Of a stretch of DNA of 64,000 bases, positions 58,901 through 64,000 are shown one piece after another; positions within the stretch are counted from its first letter, which is position 1; each line of letters opens with the position of its first letter. The stretch comes from Amphiscolops sp. MND2022. Its lineage: Eukaryota. Both the position numbers and the translations under genes were made by a program. The notes under the pieces were generated by a model. That model did no database searches. It was not told where the DNA came from and saw only the letters and a program-made list of their open reading frames with translations. Location: assembly GCA_964187785.1 (NCBI GenBank), contig OZ076409.1, forward strand, positions 20,648,001 through 20,712,000. Reading direction: 5' to 3'.

Positions 58901-61565
58901 CATGCAAAAAAACTTTAAAAATGGAACAATTTTTCTCAGAAACTAAGTAATGACAGCGTGAGAACTACACAATGGTTTCAGAGAAGAAAATTTGATGCTT
59001 TTTGGTCTCTATGAATTAGGTAAAGTAACATTTGATCCGGGTGCAGTTCCGCCTGAGGTTGCCTTGATATTGGAGGTAGAAGCAAAATTACATTACCTGA
59101 AAACGAGAAATAACTTTCACTAGAGAGTGTTAATTATACACATTCCGGTAATATGAAGTTTGTGTTATAAGTTTGAAATATTATAAAACCCCAGAGCATT
59201 TATTTTCGTGTTCCCATCTTATTGGGAGGGGAACTTCATCAAGTTTTTGCGTTAGTTGACTACTTCATGATAATTCTCAACCTGTTTTTAAATGATAACC
59301 TGTTGCTCAAAAAACCAGGGGCAATTTTGCCGCAGGATCCTCAGATATTTTTGACCCTAGATATCTCAGGTCATTTTGCACAATTCGTAGTTGCTCAAGG
59401 CATGATCGAGCTGTTTTCCTCCCACTGTTTTCCCAGTGAAGCGTAACGTAAGACTTCAATTGGCAAAGAACAACCGCAGGAGCTCTGGATCGTAGACATT
59501 TGTCCTCTTAAATGAATTTTTTCAGGGTTTGGCCAGAAGTGACGCTCTGTTTTCAGCAAAGCTTCGAAACAAAAATATCATGTCATCAATCGTTCTGTTT
59601 TCAGTGAGAACACGATAGATTGGAACAAGAGAAACGACCTCGTCAACACTATGGCAGAATCACTCAATCACTTCTTTGAGAACCGCCTCAATTTCATGTC
59701 GACTAAGAAACCGAAAGGGTTGCGGAAAGTGAAACTTAAACTAGCAGAGAATCCTCTGTTTTTCTGGCTGTTTCACAACAACTATGGTTCCTTCCTGGCG
59801 CCTTGTTACATTTTAATCAAAATAATCTACATCTGCATTAGTATCTTTTCCATGGTGGCGCTCAGCTCTTTCATAGGACCAGAGTTTTACACTTATGGCA
59901 TTGACATTGCCAGCAAATTTTATGCCAAAACCGACTGGACTTCAATTTCGTCCGACGTGTTTCCAAGAGTCACTTTATGTGATATCGAAATCCGAGAAAT
60001 TGGTCAACCCAAAGTTGAGACTGTTCAGTGTGTTTTGACCATCAATTTGTTCAACGAGAAAATATTCGCCCTAGTTTGGTTTTGGCTGATTTTCCTGACC
60101 TTTGCAACCAGTTTCAGTCTGTTATGGTTTATTTACAAAACAAGTTTGAAATCTGTCAGAGCTAGACAAATTCTGTTTTACCTGAAAGTGTCCGAAAACA
60201 AACGCCAGTATCAAGACGTTCAACTGAATGATCCAGCTTTTCAGTATTTTGTACAGAAATATCTTTCCTCGGACGGTGTGTTTATTCTGGAAATTTTGGA
60301 AAGCAATTCCAACGAGCCATTCTGTGCCGATTTAGTTTTGGAGCTTTGGCACAAGTTTTTAGACGTAGGTGGTTTGCCAGAGTACGAAGAAGAGTCGAAT
60401 GATTTTGTGAATCAGCTGAACGAGGATCAAGTCGACACTGTGAACAATAAGAGGAACAAAAAGGGTATCCTGTGTTGTTTCAATACAGGACGAGTTTCAA
60501 AGAAAAAAGACAAATCTGCGAAAAGTGACCCGGAATTTCAAAACGTCGCCCAAATCAGGTACTTGTTCTTTTTTTTTTCATTAGGGCAAGTCATCAAAAG
60601 TAACAGTTTTCTAACGAATTATGAAAGTATATATCTCAATGATTATATCAAAAACCAAAGCAAAAACACTTCTGTGAAATAATTTTTTGTCGAAAAATCT
60701 AAATGCGACCCAAAATTAGTAAAAGTTTTTAAAAAACCAAAAAATGACCTTTTTGTGAAGTTTCTATGTTTTTGAAAAAAGTTTCAAAGATCTGGAAAAC
60801 TCAAAAGGGGCACCCCTTGTACTTTTTTATTGCTTGTAATTTTACACCTTGTAAAAGTACTTGTTGCTCACAAAAACCAAAGGAGGTGGTGTTTTATATA
60901 TACACATTATATAACCTACAATATTTACACCTACAATACTGGTGTTTTATATCACAAAACCCCGACTGAAAATAATGGCAAGCAAAAGTTTTGCAAAATC
61001 TTGCAGGGATTGCATTTTATACAAAAATTTCCACTCTTTCAAGATTTTCCAATAATAATGCGTTCCCTTGTACAATGTCTAGAAATTTTTGCAAGATCTT
61101 TGCAAAAAACGTGTTTTAACCAGTGTAAAGGACGCTAAAACACCTGTCCTGTTTTTATGTTTTTATACAACATTATCAGTGAGAATTCACATGCTCTTTT
61201 TTAAAATCCTGATTAATTCGGGATTGAAATTACTCCGTTATTATAATTAGGTATCTTGTACCATCCCAACTTTTACTGGTTTTAGGTCTCAAGATTTGAA
61301 GGATTTAATTGGTAGTGCGCCACCTCTGGACCATTATCCAAACTCGAAGCTATCTCCGGAAATGAAGAGAGCCAGGCACAGGGGTAACAGGGGAGCAAGC
61401 AGTGGAAGTAAGAAACGAAGCAGTCGGTCGAACGGGGAGCGCAGTTCGGAAAGTACAGAAAAAGAACGGAACTTGCTGCTGGAGAGATTTTTACAGGAGT
61501 GCAACACGGCCAATGTGCCACCGTACGAACCAGGAGAAAATGAAATGGACGATGAGAAGCTATGA
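28795..61565 (+). CDS. inx: Innexin, 5 coding exons: 28795-28975, 29393-29533, 58517-58616, 59605-60558, 61286-61565 (551 aa)
   Basis: All junctions are GT-AG and phase-compatible (1,1,2,2), total 1656 nt. Motifs GDPIDCW, VCW, YYQWIP..FYAPNFLW, FPRVTLCD and QCVLTINLFNEKIF..WFW. Confidence 0.93.
29393..29533 (+). CDS. inx: Innexin exon 2
   Basis: TTTTAG| GQWIQFVDNVCWMKSTYYLPFNVSVEQGRENSSDREIRYYQWIPIIF |GTTAGT. Confidence 0.92.
29596..29760 (+). repeat. Interspersed repeat with an inverted copy at 35311-35473
   Basis: TCTTGAGCAAGTC...CTGCTTATTCGGCGTCCACG against the reverse complement CGTGGACGCCGAATAAGCAG...GACTTGCTCAAGA. Confidence 0.75.
30482..30619 (-). mobile_element. HINE-like fragment (3' end); a matching 5' half lies at 34921-35070
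   Basis: AACAAGAGGAGAACGTCTAAAGTCGGCGC; the other half ends GCGCCGACTAAAAAA at 35070. Confidence 0.6.
30620..34781 (+). mobile_element. 5'-truncated, decayed Gypsy element (Gypsy-3), related to Gypsy-1
   Basis: Knuckle KCEKKGHFAMCC; MIDSG; KIALDARAIN, LLDDIL; NELELLALVW, SDHKAL; RTDPGTAF. PPT AAAAAGGGAGAA followed by a candidate LTR TGTGA...TCACA at 34605-34781. No 5' LTR found. Confidence 0.88.
35540..35683 (-). mobile_element. tRNA-derived SINE-like head
   Basis: Minus strand GGGGAGCATGACGTAGTGGTTAAAGC (A box)...GGTTCGAATC (B box); no acceptor stem. Confidence 0.55.
36784..37016. mobile_element. Shorter MITE of the same family
   Basis: CCCTAAATTATA...TTTGTAACTTAGGG with internal (CTT(G/A)CAAGA)n motifs. 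Confidence 0.5.
37097..37435 (-). CDS. Torsin exon 3
   Basis: TTTTCAAG| GRSAHDL...YVDYGCKYVKKAMNLFE*. Confidence 0.88.
   Translation of the reverse strand, partial: GRSAHDLPYLEVERIIEALSFNDGSSSFYQSDLVLSKRIDYYVPFFPMSEQKVECCILHELAGNETFQRRSTMEKRIVLDKILKSFDFMPHYDPWYVDYGCKYVKKAMNLFE
37097..53228 (-). CDS. Torsin-family AAA+ ATPase, 3 exons: 53228-52970, 44135-43771, 37435-37097 (320 aa), nested antisense in innexin intron 2
   Basis: Signal peptide; YC..KECC; GQ..AK; KPLVLSFHGAPG|AGKT; IVFDD; VDYRKATFILISN; IDYYVPFFPM; terminal GCK motif. GT-AG junctions in phases 1 and 0; 963 nt open. Confidence 0.9.
38213..38846 (+). mobile_element. HINE/DINE-1-like non-autonomous Helentron derivative
   Basis: Starts in a T-run with subterminal AGTCGGCGC and a nearby partial inverted copy (GCCCGACT). 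Ends GCGCCGACT, hairpin AGACG-TTCC-CGTCT, then TGTT. Confidence 0.7.
39462..40355 (+). CDS. LINE ORF1 (coiled coil plus RRM-like), 297 aa
   Basis: Heptad region then LTFHGI...DIAACHYL...PIIVKF...IYVNERL, typical of CR1/L2-group ORF1. Confidence 0.88.
   Translation: MTTQTLQKLNLLDLTDGNSVRSLFQELIQLIDNQKDEITKLRTDYDELKNEKDALGKRITKMERYSSYMCLTFHGIRDGGEYPVHKIVEIIRSVHIPIEPCDIAACHYLPGDGRNKPIIVKFLYNHQRDKVWEQRNSFFDPQTKSIIYVNERLAENDRDVYNYCRKEKHFITATHKNQVRVKVSEHDKTWYPVDSRIQADAIGNKMVSSSELTEWGMEKYPTNEVNMDEKKTPAKRNRHVAFNSPSNEKQPDQSDKLDKLFNLTEKLFTLLVEKQSPPSKKAANQDERNKESNGSSD
40380..43226 (+). CDS. LINE ORF2 (APE endonuclease plus reverse transcriptase), 948 aa
   Basis: NVQSL, LTETWL, GDFNID, IDH, SDH; NYRPISLL, DLSKAFD, GVPQGSVLGP, FADD, KYLG. 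Confidence 0.96.
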   Translation: MSAISFHDEAPKRSTILGLNVQSLRFHQPDLALLLDTMTSKPDIILLTETWLTENDPIDKLNIKSYQPFESKPRTFSKRRSGGVGAYFSEACEYQSINFETVIECAIYQVTFFDKKMVFCVLYRPETFRLARFFEELEKPLYFLSSMNQEILIFGDFNIDTLKNEKAQRDYKNLLSAYNLGIRNFEPTRVTPTSKTCIDHFITTNSIETETLQTTISDHFTVSAQVSHNLANKQHDPPCAKVRNLKNLKGEKALNFLFLLDQKLKKLPQHMNANDYMDALAKTIMETVDKFAPEKRAENNKKHFKETWITNEIKNAIVKRNILFEKWIQNPAKTNRERYKTARNNVTKLIRKEKRNENFKKLGENPTPKQIYKTLKTKKNQAENANNLPDIEILNNYFLSVGSLLSKKIQETSSTFPIEMQPKTMLLSETNEQEISKILCKTKNKKSAGYDGISNEILKCCSPIIECYLAKVVNKCITEEIFPECLKVSKVIPLHKKGDKKEPGNYRPISLLSPLSKVFESVLLKRMLGFSEKCKLLSLNQFGFRPKKSCIHAIAKITEYIRDSIDRKETGQACFVDLSKAFDTIDHSILLRKLEINGFRGKIFNLIETFLTNRLQYIDSLDKTSKKGKVLCGVPQGSVLGPFLFLLYNNDLDNACTESSLTMFADDTTVIKAGRRTDSLIRKDVNVMTHWFDANKLTINVDKCEAIHFGRGIPDEVQIKDNHLHYKPCCKYLGVYIDPTLTFRDHIDYVVKKLNKFCGLIYNVRHLYPKKCLLMFYNAYAKSIITYGLLIYGAAAKTNLSRIESVQRRILRAIFFRKRQDSLQEILAVNKINTVYELFLNEVVSEVFKEMRSDSPLKLLDFEKLPKSNTTTRWNSKGVFAPIASRTVVKKKCLANSLMKAYNWLTELNLIPPNLLNLSQEQLKKHLKLVNDLYITDNKELFCLYFCA
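43578..43645 (-). pseudogene. tRNA-Gly(GCC)-like remnant or SINE head
   Basis: Minus strand ...AGAGCATTGGCTTGCCAAGTTAACAACGCGGGTTCGAATACCG; cloverleaf incomplete. Confidence 0.4.
43771..44135 (-). CDS. Torsin exon 2
   Basis: TTTCAG| GAGKTFLTFLIRNAIFKKGENTKFFYYNSGRLLG...FDD...EQEHEK |GTAAAC. Confidence 0.88.
44584..49297 (-). mobile_element. Decayed Gypsy element (Gypsy-4) in torsin intron 1
   Basis: ~105-bp diverged direct repeats at 44584-44687 and 49193-49297 (partial LTRs); PBS TGGCGCTGAGAGC; gag, KIALDARKMN, VDLKYAF, FIDDI, RTDQAT, GNGKIER on the minus strand. Confidence 0.88.
49582..50109 (-). mobile_element. HINE-like element, same family
   Basis: Termini AACAAGACGGGAACGTCTAAAGTCGG...GCGCCCACTAAAAA are the reverse complement of those at 38213-38846. 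Confidence 0.7.
50541..51105. mobile_element. MITE-like element with short imperfect TIRs and TA flanks
   Basis: TA|CCCTAGGTTACAAA...TTTGTAATTTAGGG|TA; shares its right end (~80 bp) with 36784-37016. Confidence 0.6.
52970..53228 (-). CDS. Torsin exon 1
   Basis: MKIFNFLVLC...KPLVLSFHGAP; donor G|GTTAGT. Confidence 0.88.
54500..54787 (+). mobile_element. HINE-like fragment, second subfamily
   Basis: Ends in hairpin GCCG-TTCC-CGGC plus TTGTT; a reverse-complement terminus also occurs at ~49540-49570. Confidence 0.5.
56520..58210. repeat. Degenerate ~185-bp tandem array
   Basis: GACAAAAATTGCATAAAAAC-like anchor recurs at ~57388, 57573, 57762, 57954 and 58131; ACTACTGGA recurs with similar spacing. 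Confidence 0.75.
58517..58616 (+). CDS. inx: Innexin exon 3
   Basis: TTTCAG| ASFAGLFYAPNFLWDTVISSTINLDVYVDQLLEP |GTAAG; completes TM2. Confidence 0.9.
59605..60558 (+). CDS. inx: Innexin exon 4
   Basis: TTTCAG acceptor in frame with ORF 59651; TM3, EL2 cysteines, TM4, YLSSDGVFIL; donor AG|GTACTT. Confidence 0.92.
61286..61565 (+). CDS. inx: Innexin exon 5 (C-terminal tail)
   Basis: TTTTAG acceptor, phase 2, in frame with ORF 61296-61565. Confidence 0.8.
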
Positions 61566-61837
61566 GACTCAAAAATGTCAGTCAGAAGAAAGAGCTGTAA
61601 GAGAGGATTCTTAGCTGATTAGTGTTTTTATGAAAATTTATTTCAAAACGTTCGGAAGAGTAAATATACAGTAAAATCATCGAATCTTTTCATAGTTTAA
61701 ATTTTGAGCCAATGATGTTTGAAATCTAACAGACAACTTCCAGCTTACAAACAGCTACGTAATTTCAATGAAGCTGTAAGCATGAAAAATCGAGCTGACC
61801 TTTCATAAATATCTTGGTAAAACATAAGGCGACAAGT

Positions 61838-61998
61838 CATATCATGCGACAATTCATATCATGCGACAATTCACATCATGCAACAATTCATATCACGCGA
61901 CAATTCATATCATGCGAAAATTCATATCATGCGACAATTCATATCATGCGACAATCATATCATGCGACAATTCATATCATGCGACAATTCATATCATA
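61838..61998. repeat. 17-bp minisatellite
   Basis: About 9 copies of CATATCATGCGACAATT downstream of the innexin stop codon. Confidence 0.95.
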
Positions 61999-64000
61999 TA
62001 GTGAAATTGGAAACTCATATCAAGTGCTAACTGATGCTAATTTGATATCAGCAAGTTCAGTTCACGGCTCAAAGAGCGTCTCAGTGAAATTGATAACACA
62101 TTGATTTCTCTGATATTGGCCATTAACACTATTACACCAAAAGAACGTTGAATCAACTAAGCTGTATCAAAACCAAGTTAATGCGGAACTGTTTATTGAG
62201 AAACAGTAATTGCCAACAAAACAAAATTGATGGAGTGTAATCAATGCGGAGTTATAAAACTTGGGTACGGCGGAGTCTACTACACATTTTATACAGTCAT
62301 AAAAAGTGGAATGACTTCTTGGCGATGATCTGGCAGGATGCATAAGTGTTGTATGTTAGAATTGAAATGAGGGCCCAAAGGTTGACATAATAGGAACAAA
62401 CAGTGTCTAATGTCGAGGTTAGTAATTTCAAACAACTTGAAAACTAATTTCAAAAGCAACTAGAGACAAATCCTTCCCAAGAGAGTACTCCTTTGATGAG
62501 AACGTTCAGGGTATCTGCGAAGTAACGTCTGTAAAGTTAACACATTTTACCTTGAAATCTGAGAACCAGAAACACAGGATGTTCTGTCCATTTTTCGATT
62601 GCGAGCACCAGTACATTTAATTGTAACCTAAAATTCAGGTTTATATCATACTTCATAATTGAACGTAGCACCACCAAGAAAGGAATATAACAAGCATAAC
62701 ATAATTTTCTCTATTTGTAACGTCAACCACCTAGCAGAGTACATCATAGAAGTGGGACAATGCCTAGATTGCTTGAACAGGAGACCAGTGTCTTACTACA
62801 ACCTAGACATTAGTTTTTAATCCCAAAATGGTCTCCTAAAAGGGACTTTTCCTATACGCCTAAGGAGTCTCCTCAGTTAGAGCTCCGAGGCGACGTGCCG
62901 GCTCTCTCAAAGTCCGGACACGTCCCACAAGCCTGTAAAAACAATTCCTAATGTTCCTGCGTGTTCCTACATACCTCCGAGGTCCAAAAACAAGGGTTTA
63001 GCCAAAGTGTATTCAATTAGTGAATAACGTCTAAACTGGGTGAAATAAGGGGTAAAACATCACCAAACATCTACAAAAACCGCAAATATGGTACAATAGA
63101 TTCAGAAAACATCAGGCGTCAGTGTCAGCGAGCCTTGGTCTTGGACCTACTAGGTGGCACACGCAAAATATGCGAACTTCTGAGTTTCTTCATCTCTTGG
63201 GCCATTCTTCGGGTTCTGCTGGCAGCTGGGACGTCTTCCGAGGGAGATGGCACAACACGGCGATTTCGGGGATACTTCTGTGACGGTGTGTTCTCTCTCG
63301 GGTAGGGTGGGGGTGGTTTGCACTTTTTTTCATCATCCTTTTCAATTTTCAGTACCTGTCAGGTCGGCCATCTTGATTTAGAAATTTTGCTATCGCACTT
63401 TTCATCGAATTTTTGTGACGTCTTTTTGCTGGACGTTACATCCTCCCCGGGCCGTAGTTTGTCGTCCTCGACAAACGAAAGTGGATGTTCACGTCTTGGT
63501 TGCCATCATCCAGTGATCCAGTGATGCTGTTGTGACATAGTACTTCAGGAATCTAAATGGAAGTCATTGCCCAAGAACATGTTATTGCCCAAAAACACTA
63601 GTTTTTGCCAGCCTAGCAGGTTTCCTTGGATTCCACACCAACAATGGGTTCTAGCGCTGGAATAGCGTTAGCAACTTTAGACACTTAGCCTTTTATTCAA
63701 AACATTTTCAAACTTTTAATTTCGCACCAAGATTTCAAAATTTCTAGCACCTTATTGCACCTGCATAAAAAGCACTAATCACAACAGGTTTGGCACTGGC
63801 CAGGGGCCCACCTGATAGGTTAGGTTTTACAAAATGCACGATAGCACTTGAAAAGCGAAAAATTAAAGTAACGGCTGTGGTCTTGCAAAAGTGTCGTAGT
63901 TCATAGCCAACAGAGACTGCACAATAAAAAGCACAAATAGAGAAATAGATCCCAAAAAATCAAAAATATCACCAAAAGCGAGGACCCATTCAATCTATTG

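Noticed and set aside
60559..60682. C-terminal extension of ORF 59651-60682 (YLFFFSLG...)
   Set aside because: Read-through into an intron; a good donor at 60559 splices in phase to exon 5.
61814..62104. 96-aa repetitive ORF
   Set aside because: By-product of the 17-bp minisatellite.

Overview
AT-rich animal (invertebrate-type) genomic DNA dominated by nested transposable elements. 1-27.9 kb contains: (a) a Ty3/Gypsy LTR element (1421-12606, 244-bp LTRs, frameshifted gag-pol); (b) inside it, a young non-autonomous BEL/Pao-type LTR element (4865-10172, ~950-bp LTRs, GACGC TSD) with one open 913-codon ORF that lacks a recognisable RT, plus a tandem array of primer-binding-site-like units; (c) a second, different Gypsy element (12976-26582) with ~3-kb LTRs whose decayed Pol has a TARG1/OARD1-type macrodomain between RNase H and integrase; (d) two old BEL remnants. 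28.8-61.6 kb is a five-exon innexin gene (551 aa). Its 29-kb second intron holds an antisense three-exon torsin-family AAA+ gene (320 aa, atypical Walker A/B), two decayed Gypsy elements, an apparently intact CR1/L2-group LINE, DINE-1/HINE-like Helentron derivatives, MITEs, tRNA-derived SINE-like heads and a ~185-bp degenerate tandem array. All family assignments come from motifs recognised by eye; no searches were run.
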